From positions 79,982,001 to 80,046,000 of the forward strand of contig NC_045697.1 of assembly GCF_009834535.1 (NCBI RefSeq): a stretch of DNA of 64,000 bases, given 5' to 3'. Position 1 is the first letter of the stretch; the number at the start of each line of letters is the position of its first letter. Under the pieces are notes generated by a model. The model saw nothing but the letters and a program-made list of their open reading frames with translations. It had not been told where the DNA came from and ran no database searches. The stretch comes from Camelus ferus (lineage: Eukaryota). Positions 53,401 to 64,000 of the stretch are shown here, one piece after another. The position numbers were made by a program, and so were the translations under genes.

Positions 53401-53680
53401 ATCAGATTAGGAGTATCAAATTTTATCTTCTGGATTCCCTGGTGCCCTTGCCATTGAATGGTAGGAACCAGTCAAAAGATGTGTTAGTTTAGTTGTTGGA
53501 CAGAGAGGTACTGAACACAGAGATCTGTGTGTCCTTCTTCTACGGTTGCAATTAATGTCCCCCTGGAAGTTGCACTGTTAGCTAACAGCACGCTTTTTTC
53601 ATTCTCCTGCTCGGCTCACCATTTCATCCTCCCAACCCTACCACTGCATATGTGACCATGACCTCCTGCCAACCTACCAG

Positions 53681-53783
53681 CCTTCGATCCTTCAGTTCCG
53701 ACAGGTCTCACACCCTGAGCCATGCCTCTTACCTGAGGGACAGTGCCATGATCGACGACACAGTTGTGATCCCCAGTCACCAG
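53681..53783 (+). CDS. ANK2: ANK2 linker exon, 103 nt, phase 2/0: (S)[34 protein letters not shown]; alternative in-frame acceptor 15 nt downstream (exon start 53696)
   Basis: cctaccAG acceptor, CAG|GTATGT donor at 53784; internal tccttcAG at 53694-53695. Confidence 0.95.
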
Positions 53784-54483
53784 GTATGTGACTTTTTGCC
53801 TTCACGTTTCTGCTTTCTGGAGAGCTTTTTAACGTTATCTGATGCTGGAAATGTCCAGAGGAGGTTTTTTAATCTAAAAAAAAAAAAAAAAAATTACCTA
53901 AGTCAGTTGACAAGCTAGTATCCAAGATCTGAGAGTTTTTCTGAAACATAAAAAATGTTTGCTGGATTTTTCAATGAGTAGAGATTTTCTAAAATAATAT
54001 ACTTTTTGTTTCTTCAGCTATATTGAATTATTCTGTGGAGATTATATGTAAAACTCAGTTTCTTTCTTAAATCTCTATTAAAGGAAAAAAGTAAGATAGG
54101 ATGCATTTAAGGTATAAGGTGAATGGTCCAGGTTAGAATATGTCTCTCAATATTTAAAATTGTTATCTATTAGAAAAGATGTAGGGTTTGTTATGAATAT
54201 GTTAATCTGAGGTATGATTTTATCAGTTTTGGCTGGTTGGATATAGGGAAATGGATGAACGTCTACTCTTCTAAGACAATGACACAAATATGATCAATAA
54301 TATCATTTAAATGGGAATCCATTATAAAAGATACATTTTAAATGCCTCAGGCTTATATATGTTTTAAATGAAAGTTTTTCCAAGTAATACCACCTTCCTG
54401 GGATACCACCTTTTAGAGTTCATTATGTTTTAATTCAATCAAAGGAAAGTATTTTTATTAAATCCAGTGTTCTTTGTGTTTAG

Positions 54484-54587
54484 GTGTCAACTCTCGCCAA
54501 GGAGGCAGAAAGGAATTCTTATCGTCTGAGCTGGGGCACTGAGAACTTAGACAATGTGGCTCTTTCTTCCAGCCCTATTCATTCAGG
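54484..54587 (+). CDS. ANK2: ANK2 linker exon, 104 nt, phase 0/2: [34 protein letters not shown](G)
   Basis: tgtgtttAG acceptor, GTGAGT donor at 54588. Confidence 0.96.
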
Positions 54588-56304
54588 GTGAGTAAATCAA
54601 TATTATGTATCCAGATTAAGAGGTAAAAAGAGATGAGTGAAAATAACAGCTTTGTCCAGCAGCTTTAGCTGATGGCCAGCTCACAGGGGAAGTGACCTTT
54701 TTAAAAACGTGCCAGTGCTTCATCCAACATGGACTCTATCCACACAAACAAACCGGCAAAAGGGGTTGAATTCAGCATAGAAAAACTGACTGTTGTTTTA
54801 AAATAACTAGTAGAATTGCGTCAAACAGCTTGCTAACTAACAGGAATATACCGATGATCTCCTTCCCATTCACATTTTGTCTTTAAGATGTTTTAAAAAG
54901 AGGGGCAGGATCATTTGCTTTTTTTTGAAAATTCTATTTACTTAAGATTAACTGACTAGTTTAATAGATGCCTGTCCTTACATATTAGTACATTTAAAAT
55001 AATATTTATAGCAGTTTGAGTCACACAAATATACACAGGAGCTCACATGTTATTTGAAGTAGGGATATACTAAAAAAGGGAAATTTGAAGGCAACCAGAC
55101 AGGTTCTCAGTTATCTTTTAAAAATCACTCGGATAATCTATATGCCACTAGTTAAGAAATGCTGCCTATTTATATTAACTCATTAAAAACTAGGACTCTA
55201 ATAATTTTAAACATTCTTAAGGATGTTCTTAAGTTATAAGAATTCAATTATATAGAACATAAATTCCTTAAGGAGTTTTAAATTATATTTTTCATACACT
55301 CTTCATTCTTGGGTTTCTTCCTTACATGCTAGTGGTTTCAAGTTGTATAGTAATTGCATGACTATATATACACTTTTAAAATAGTTTTTATTCAATCACT
55401 TCTTAAGCCCCCACTTTTTTATCTAACTAAACGTAATATTTTGATTTCAATTTTCATCCCCAACTCCTTATCCATAATCCCCAGAACTATTTTGGGTAGT
55501 GGATCCTATCTTGTTTTTATTATTCTAAAACATTCTCCTTTTGGGAAAGCATTGTAAGATACTGTGGTTAAATTTTTGGATTTCTTAGTCTGATCTTCTG
55601 CTAAAGGCTTGTAGAATATAAAATTAGTTATATAAATACTGAAAATAATCATAACATTCTTCTTTGTTAAATAAGTAAGAGCTAGTTCTTGATGCAAGCA
55701 TTATTCAAAGGAATAAAAACCAATTAAACTGCATCCAAATTTACCTACATATTTTAAGTATAAAATGAGATAGTTAAAATCTGACAGCTATAAATTATTC
55801 AAAAAGCATAACACTGCATTATTCTAGTAAATTTCTCAACAATGATGAAAAGAAAAAAAAAGAAACTTGGATCTAGAGTGTTGATAAATAATAGATCAAA
55901 ATCTAGAAGCCATAATCAAGTATTTGAGGTCCATACCCACAGCCTACAAAGTGAAAGGTTATTTAAAGCAAAATGTGATTAACTATTAGTAGCTGAATTT
56001 ACAAAAGAGTCAAAATGTTATGGTAAAATTTTAATTTTCAGAATAATTTACCTTAAAAAACTAATTTCTTAAAGAAGTCTTAACTACTGAAAGGTGGTGT
56101 TATACTTAGCTGAAGTACATCAGTATACATACCAACTGAATAAAACAAGATACACGCTCAAGTAGAGTTGATTATTTACGATGAACCAAGAGTATCCAGT
56201 GGTTAACGATTAATTACTTATTAAAATAAGGATCTTTAAAATCTTGGTCTGTAATAAATCAGTTTTTCTGTGAACTTCGAACGTGATCACCGACTCTAAA
56301 CGTC

Positions 56305-56420
56305 AACGCTGGCTGCACACTGGAATCACCTGGGAGCTTTAAAAAATACTGATGCCCAGGCCCCAGCCCAAACCAGTTACATCCCAGTCTCTGTTGTTGG
56401 GGCCTTGGCCTGGTATTTTC
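56305..56420. mobile_element. MER5A-like hAT-Charlie fragment
   Basis: ggctgcacactggaatcacctgggagctttaaaaaatactgatgcccaggcccca. Confidence 0.7.
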
Positions 56421-56724
56421 TGCAAGCGCCAATAGTCCAGATATATATGTTTTATATAAAGTGTTAGAAAGGAACAACTGTGCCTAATAAAACTCTGACT
56501 ATAAGGGAGACTTAGGTAATTAACACATGACTAGTTCTCTCAAATGTTTTTTACCCCTTCCATTTCCTTAAAGATTCATTCTTTGTACACTGTTGAATTT
56601 TACAATATACCAAACCTTGTACCAGGCACTAATAAAAATAGATAAGTAAGACCTAGCCCTTACCTTTAGGAAACACACCTATATGTTGTTATTTGAATTT
56701 GAAGACAGTCTGTGGAAGAGAAAT

Positions 56725-56958
56725 AACATGATGGTTGAGTGTGCTTTGGAGTCAGACCAATCAGAATTCAGATCCTGGCCCTGACACTCTATGTGACACT
56801 GAGCAAGTTGTATAAAATATCTTGAGTTTCAGTTTACTTATCTATGAGATGAATGTTATCTTCTGGATTCCATAGGGGAGTTTTAAGGATTAGATGCTTC
56901 TTAAATAGTTAGCATTCTGCCTAGAAAGAGTAAGTACTCAATAGATTGTAGCCATTAA
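56725..56958 (+). mobile_element. MIR SINE, near full length
   Basis: gctttggagtcagac...tgtgacactgagcaagtt...tttcagtttac...taagtactcaata. Confidence 0.72.
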
Positions 56959-59124
56959 TATTTATAAAATCCCCATTCACATCTTCCATATTTTTCACAA
57001 ATTCCAATCAGTTATGCAGAAAGGATTCTGAGTCCTTTATGTGACAATACCAATGTGGTACAATTCATAATGGCAGCATTTGACTTATTTTTATCAGGTA
57101 ATCTATCATCTAGTTATGTCTCTACTACAGTATTAGAACAAACAGTGCAACAGATGATTCTAGTAAGATGAGCAGTACCCACTGAAAACTCAAGGATTCT
57201 GAGTATGATGGTATTTGAAAGTTACCATGATATTAATGTATGTAAATAACATTCATAATATCATATCATGTAACAATGATTTCTTGTAATTTTATTCACT
57301 TACACCAGGTTCCTGAGTAATAGTTTTTATATAGTGTTCAAGGAACTGAGTTTCCCTTTAACTAATTGGGTGAATTCTTAAACCACTTTAAAATCTCCCC
57401 AAAATGTAAGAAAAAAAATTTTTGATAGAGGGGATAATAAAGTTAGCTTTTATATACATATGCTACTAATTTGGTATATAATGTTCTATTAGATTAAAGG
57501 GATTTTAGATTAATATGAAACACAGCTTCTGCCAATAAGGAGTGTTAGTGATTTTCTTTCACCTCTGCTATTTCCAAAGACTAATGTTCATTGCTACAGG
57601 AAAATAAGCTTCGGTGTTTAAAAAATATGTTCTGCCCAATAGATACAGCCAATTATCCGGGAAAAGAAAGGCTGACAGTAATATTTTTATTGTTGTTCTT
57701 GAAGAAGTTGCATTACTCATTCACAATCTAACCAACAGTTGTTTCTAGTATCACAATCATGATCATACCCAACACAAGCTTGGATAAGAATTTGAACTAC
57801 AGTTCTCTATTTTCTAAGTGCATAGTGAATCAACAGATATAAGGCACAAGTTCCTAGGAATAGCTAGTTTCATGACTCATTTTAAATATTATTTCAAAGA
57901 TCTTTATTTTTATAGTTTTTAATAACAGCCAAGTGCCAACACTTAAATCTCAATTTATGATGTAATACTACAAGATATTATAGTAATGAGAAGTCCGTAA
58001 GAAAGAAATCTTTTAAAGAACTTGTTTTTCATAAAAACATGTTGAAGACTGTTGCACCATGAATCTAAAACTACTCTAAAAATACAGTCTATTTTTAAAA
58101 AACATGTAAAGTTGTTAGCTCAAATAGCAGAAGTTGATATTTGAAATACAAGGAAATTAAGGCTGTTTTCCATCTGACAACATTAATATTTATCTAAGTA
58201 TCTATAACAGTTAATTTAGCTGTTCGTGTATTTCAAATACTCTAATTTTTTTTAAAGATACATGAAAGTAAATTCTTCTGGGTGAAGAAAATTATTTTAT
58301 AAATAGCTAAATAGCTATTTCATAAGGTTGAATTTCCAGTCCAAAAGATACATATATCCATTTGTATATCATCAGGTGTTGAAAGACCCCAGTGAACTCT
58401 GTGAAAACTTAAAGAGTGTTTTGAGGAAGAGCAGACTCGGGTGGAAGAGCAGTGATAGGCAGGACTATAAAGTGGGACTAAACAATACCACCAGTGAGGA
58501 AGACAGCAATCCCCAAAACAGGGAATGAAAGCCTTGAAAAAAAGCACTAAGGCTTTGTTTGCATAGTTTTTTGTTACCTACTAGTAGGTAATTAATGTTA
58601 CCTACTTACTTTGCCTTATAGTTTATGCTACTGTTTGTCATTGGAGCTATTTTTAAAATCGTGCCTTTTCTGTTTGCATTTCTTCTGTAATAGCCCAAGA
58701 GGGCATTGCCATTATTTTGAAAGTATTAAAAACACGAACAAAAAGCTTTGGAGTCAAAACTATGACCATCAAATCAAAGCCCCTGTAACTTTCATTATAA
58801 TGCCCCTTGATGTTTTTCAGTTTCTTGGACATTTAGACTTTAAGTGCCCATGTAAGCCAGTGTTGAATAGGGCTACAAAGCCATATCCAGAGATTTTGTA
58901 AGATCCCAATTCCCTAACCTGGGAGGTGCCACAAAGCTCCCATACCTGACTCTTCTCTCAGCATTTGCATAGAGCTATATCTCATTTATATTTCCATCTT
59001 TTTTCAAAGAATACTGTATTGTTATATAGATAATATATTTCAGTTGAAAGTCACTTCTGATTTCTTTCTTTATATTTCCCTTTATCCATTCCTTCTCTGT
59101 GCTAAAGTATCTATTCTGTTGCAG

Positions 59125-59160
59125 CCGCACCTCTCCATGTCTTGATCGTGACAGCAGCAG
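59125..59160 (+). CDS. ANK2: Alternative cassette exon, 36 nt, phase 2/2: (G)RTSPCLDRDSS(S), just before the ZU5 exon
   Basis: Extended pyrimidine tract and ctgttgcAG acceptor, CAG|GTGAAC donor. Open in phase 2 and matches my recollection of an R-S/A-SPCL-D/E-RD insert in ANK2 isoforms. Confidence 0.82.
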
Positions 59161-62100
59161 GTGAACTTCTGCATAATTCCTTCTCTGAACATGTCTCCTA
59201 TTCCTCTCCCCTTTTCACCATCTCCCTCTGCATATACCCTGCCTCAGGATGCTTCAGTGTGACAGTACCTAGCCAGAGAGAGGGCACGAGGGAGAGATTT
59301 GTCTTCTCCAGATCATGGCCATGGCTGAATTCCCCTTTCTCTATGGTAAAGAGAAAGTGGGTATTGTTTATTTTGTTGGAAATTAGGTAGGGTTGTGCCA
59401 AAATTAATGTAGACCTCATGTGAAAGCTGTGTTGGTCGTGGATCTCCATATCTCAGCTTCTTTTGTGAGAAAAAGTGCTACATAGAGCTGAAAAATGTTA
59501 TTCCTGGCAATTATGCAAATTGGTTGAGCTATTTTCAAGTCATATTAAAGGTTATGATTTTAAGCGTCACTGAGCAGAGTTTTTCTGAACTATATTCTAG
59601 GTGAACCAAATGCAGAAAGTTTATTAATAGTGCATTTGCTTGCTAGTACTTCTTTAAATGCACCCTTTTGATATTTTGCAAATTGTAATTGGAAATAGAA
59701 TTATTTCAGTTAGTGTTCTAAAAATGTCCATTTTTCTATGTTATTTTAATAAAGTTATTTTAAAGGTTCTTATCAGCCTGCTGATTATACTATTTTTATT
59801 ATACAGCCATCCATCATGAGACTACAGGTTGTCTACAAATAAGACATTTTGAAAAATTTATATAAGTTCTTTTACTTTTTCTGAAATACATTCTAAATAT
59901 TATGTTTCTATACATAAATATAATGATAAATAACTTTTTGGTGATTTTAACAAGTTTGAGTCACTTTTTTCAAAGCCATTTTCCATCAGTTTTTCAAGTC
60001 ATAGAATTTGGACGATCAGGAAGGAATTAAGAGAATTACAGAGAAGAAAGAGCTTGTGACACGATTTTCTCACAGGACCCCAGAAATCAGATTTAATCTA
60101 AGACCCTCTTGCTATGTATATGTGGATCACTGAAGCACCCTGATGACTTTTTTTTTTTCCTATTTTTACCCTATAACTAACTCCGAATGCTACAATCTCC
60201 TCCTCGTCCCCACCCCATGGTCCTGGATGAGTTAAAAGTAAACCTAAGGATTCATAACTTTTGGGGTGGAGGATATAGTTCTCAAAAGACCAGAATCTTT
60301 GTTTTCTGCTGCCTCCTCTGAAGCATGTACTGTTTAGCTAATCAACTACATAATTCCTAGGCAAGTCATCTGCATAATAATGGTGGATTGCTTTTGCTTT
60401 TATTCTTTTTAAATTGTGATAACACTGTATCTCACAATTTAGAAAACTTCAATAAGAATTTCTACTTTGCATGATTGCTGAATTTCATTTGGAGAGTAAG
60501 ATATACAATTAAAACTGAGTATGTTAATGTGTTTTTTTATTGTCTGTACAGTCTTAAGTCAATGTTTAGTGCAGTATGTGTCTACGTTTTCTGCAAAACT
60601 GCTCGTTGACTGTTTTAACCATACAGCAAAAATAATATCTATTTCTTAGAGGAATAGCATTTTATTTTCCAAATGGAAATTCTTCCAGAACATCTGATAT
60701 TGAACATTCCAGTAAGTTCTCTAACCTAGCTAGAAGTTTAACACCAGAAGGTTACTTTAGAGTTTAATCAAAGTCTCTCATTTTATGGATGAGAAAACTG
60801 AAACCTAAAAACGTTAAGTGACTTGCCCAAGGTGACAGCAGTAACTCAAGACATGGATAGATCTCATGGTAGATGAGAGCTAGACCCACGAAAGAGCATG
60901 GTCCATGCTGCTCTGTGACAATAGGGTTTTATATCTATTTAAATAGTACAGTTCACAAACTAATGAAGACTCCCTCATCATATTAAACTGTTTTAGCAAA
61001 GTTCTGGCTTCCCTGTAGATATTTAATAAACATTAGTTTCTCTGTTTATGTATTAGATTGTACTATAATTTTTGAGACATTCAAAATATATAAAATCATA
61101 TGGGTATAGGGAAAGGCAAATGATGGAAACAAGCATTGATTGATTTCCATATGCTTTACCCACACGTGGTTTAATCCTCACTCTACCCTTAAGTGGTGAT
61201 AAGATTACCCATCATTGATGGATGAGGCTTCAGTCAACGCTCACCAACAGCAGAGCTGAGCTTCAGTCCACGTACTGTCTCCTCTGTGCATACTTACTTA
61301 CATGTTTTCACTTCAGTTCTTTTCCTCTCCAAACGTTTACAGGCATTATGTTGTCCTATTTTAATCTGAAAATACGATACAATTACATTTATTTAATCAA
61401 CTCTAGTATGTGAACTGATTCATCTCATGACTCACTCCTTCCAAACTTTTACTTTTTCTTATGGTACAAAAAAAGCGTGAATGATCTCTTCCAGTCTGCT
61501 TTTTGCTTTTTGAAACTGTTTTCTACATCGCAAAATAACTATCCACTAATTCTACTACCTGTCCAAATAGTGACACCTTTTGATATTCTGATATTTTTAA
61601 TGAAAATGCTCAAATGCTAACCCAATTTTATAAACTGTTGGGATTAACTGATGAGCATGTTGATTTTTATCTAAGACTTTTTCATCAGCACCTAGATATA
61701 AACTTGAGTCATTATTTCTCTTATTCCCTATTATTTGAAGAAAAGACTTCTTTAAGTATTCAATTCCACACAATCAGCTTTTTTATTAGTTGTTTATTCT
61801 GCATTTACGTTATTTCAGTCTGGTTTCTTAGAGTATTTTCTTGCTAATTTTGTAAACATTTTTATCATTTTGACTTTTAATATTTAGCTCTTTCATGACT
61901 TCCAATTCTTCTGTTTCTTTCTTGATATGTTTCTGTTTTGCTTTCCTCTCCTCTCTCTCTCTCTTAAGTGACTCCGTCACTAGAGCTTGTTGCTTTTCAT
62001 TACTTTGTGCTACTTCCTTCAGTTATTTGCTAAAGATACAAAGGCTTGTTTTCATTTGAAATTCAATTTTTCTTTTCTCTGAATTATGCATATTGGCACC

Positions 62101-63509
62101 TTAATTTTTCCAATTTGCTTTGCGTTCTAGTGAAATACTTAAATATCATTTTCCAGATCTATAATGACACCAAGACACATACAGTTAAATTTATCTACTT
62201 GCAGCTCCAGTCTTTAAGTTCTTTTATTTTCCAATCTTCAATCTTTCTTCATATAATTTTCACTCCTTAGAAAGTTCTTTACTTCGGTATATTCAAGCTC
62301 TTGTCTTTTGCATACTCCCATTTTCTACTCATCCTTTATCAAGGGAAGTAAATATACTGGGTTTCTCATTTTGGAGCAGGAAAATGCCTGTAGAGGAATA
62401 GTTAATGTTGAGGATAGTCCTTCCCAACTATTTTGCTGTTTTATGAGCTGAAATATCTGAGTGTAGTAATTTGAATGAATTCTGACTGGATTGGTTGGAC
62501 AGAGACCAAAGAATTAAATTACTTTCTATTTTCTCTTTCTTCTCTGCTAGACATAAATATAGACAGCTTCTCACAACTTACCTTTTTCACTCTTCCATCT
62601 ATTCACTTATTCAATGATTATTTATCAACTACCTGCTGAGTGCTTCGTTCACATTGTGCTAGGCACTGTGGGGACACAGAAAGAAATATGGAGAACAAGA
62701 TCACTGCCATTGTAGCACTAATATGGCTCCTATATGAGGTGTAATTCATTTCTCATTGACCAGGAAAGTAAGTGATTGTGAGTAAGAGAAGCCAACATGT
62801 GACATCTGGGGCTTAGACTGTGAGCATCTTGGCAGCAGCGGCTCTGTTCTTACTTTCTGTATCCTCACTCAGTTCATAGCAGGGCACCTGGCACTTCATA
62901 GGAGGGTAGCAAACATTGCATGGAACAAAGCATGGACATTATGGAGTAAATAAGAACAAAAGAAGATTTTAAAAGGAACAGTCAGTGACACAAAACCAGA
63001 GAAAATAATCAAGCATGTAGTTACTTAAACATTGTTTCAGCCAGGAACATAGCTATTTCAATTCACTGTTGAGAGAACACACCACCAGAAGATATTCTAG
63101 ATAGGGACATTAATTAGGCCATAAGCCATCACTGGGATAATATAGTGGAAATATGATAGCATGTAACATGAATGTGGAGACTCCCTAAATGCCTTTAAAA
63201 AGTACAAATAGTATTGAAGATTGATATTAAGCAGGTGTATTATAAAAATCCCTTAGTAGTTTGAGTCCCTGTTCATCACCAATGGTGCTAGGAATCAAAA
63301 GATGAAAAAAAAATCATAAAATAGAGAAAGTTAGGAATACAGCCATAAGTTTGGGACAGCACTGGCTGAAGTTTAAGTCGCTTTTTCCCTAGTTTTTATA
63401 AAAATCAACATAAATATCATAGTAAAATAAAACTAATAAAATGGGAAAGAAACCTTCATATTCATCTGGAAGTGCTACCAGTTCTTTTACTCTTTTGAGT
63501 GACAGTGCA

Positions 63510-63640
63510 TTTTTTTTTAGAGGGGGAGGTAATTAGGTTTATTCATTTGTTTATGTTAAGAGGAGGTAGTGGGGATTGAACTCAAAACCTCATGCATGCT
63601 AAGTATGTGCTCTACCACTTGAGCTATACCCTCCTCCGCC
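63510..63640 (-). mobile_element. tRNA-derived SINE (camelid Vic-1-like), full length
   Basis: A/B boxes on the - strand, ggtaattaggttt tail motif, 17-bp TSD GAGTGA(C/T)AGTGCATTTT at 63497-63513 and 63641-63657. Confidence 0.9.
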
Positions 63641-64000
63641 GAGTGATAGTGCATTTTAAAAAGCAAATAGAAACCAATTTTTTCGAAAATTCATACTTAA
63701 ACACTAGTAGTAAGAAAAGCAGTGGACATTTTCTCATTGTGTTTTGATAAAGACCAGAAACATCCACACTTTAGAACTGAACTGTTGATTATTCTCCCTA
63801 GTTTGTGCCCCATAATAAACACTTAGAGGACTGAGTACGAATTGATAGGTCTAAACTGGCTTCTGCATGTGGGAAGGAGTGTGATGCCTCTTCTTGTGGC
63901 CTCTTCCTGCATGACCTGCTGCAGACAGGCACTGTGGGCTCCTTCATAGCCATTTGTATTAACTAGCAACAGGGGTTCTGTTTAATAGCATGCTTGATGA

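Larger units (their letters stand above)
1..64000 (+). other. ANK2: Internal portion of the ANK2 (ankyrin-B) gene; 14 canonical coding exons plus alternative exons and large introns
   Basis: Spliced AG/GT-flanked exons translate to the ankyrin-B sequence from [18 protein letters not shown] to [17 protein letters not shown]2-diagnostic peptides include [22 protein letters not shown] and [22 protein letters not shown]. Confidence 0.97.

Overview
Mammalian genomic DNA, AT-rich and mostly intronic, lying wholly inside the ANK2 (ankyrin-2/ankyrin-B) gene on the + strand. The tRNA-derived SINE family present points to a camelid (alpaca/camel type); this is inferred, not confirmed. I can read 14 canonical ANK2 coding exons, roughly human exons 13-26 as numbered from memory. 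They cover the C-terminal ANK repeats (99/198-nt phase-0 exons) and the linker leading to the ZU5 domain. Three additional in-frame cassette/microexons (54, 12 and 36 nt) and an in-frame alternative 3' splice site lie in the linker. Neither the gene start nor the gene end is in the window. The most notable items are: (1) one ANK-repeat exon is 100 nt instead of 99, a +1 frameshift that is either an assembly error or a null allele; (2) a 35-bp tandem duplication has copied the 3' splice site of the linker exon, creating an out-of-frame decoy acceptor; (3) an intragenic CpG island with RFX X-box-like motifs and candidate internal start sites; (4) an antisense ERV1 remnant (3' LTR, PPT, degraded env TM with immunosuppressive domain, integrase tail) with a nested SINE; (5) a MER53 hairpin carrying a miR-1302-like arm. 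Almost all entries in the ORF track are chance intronic or repeat-derived ORFs. I found no evidence for a wholly new biological system; the interesting signals concern splicing, regulation and transposable elements in a known gene. Repeat family names come from recalled consensus motifs, not from a database search.
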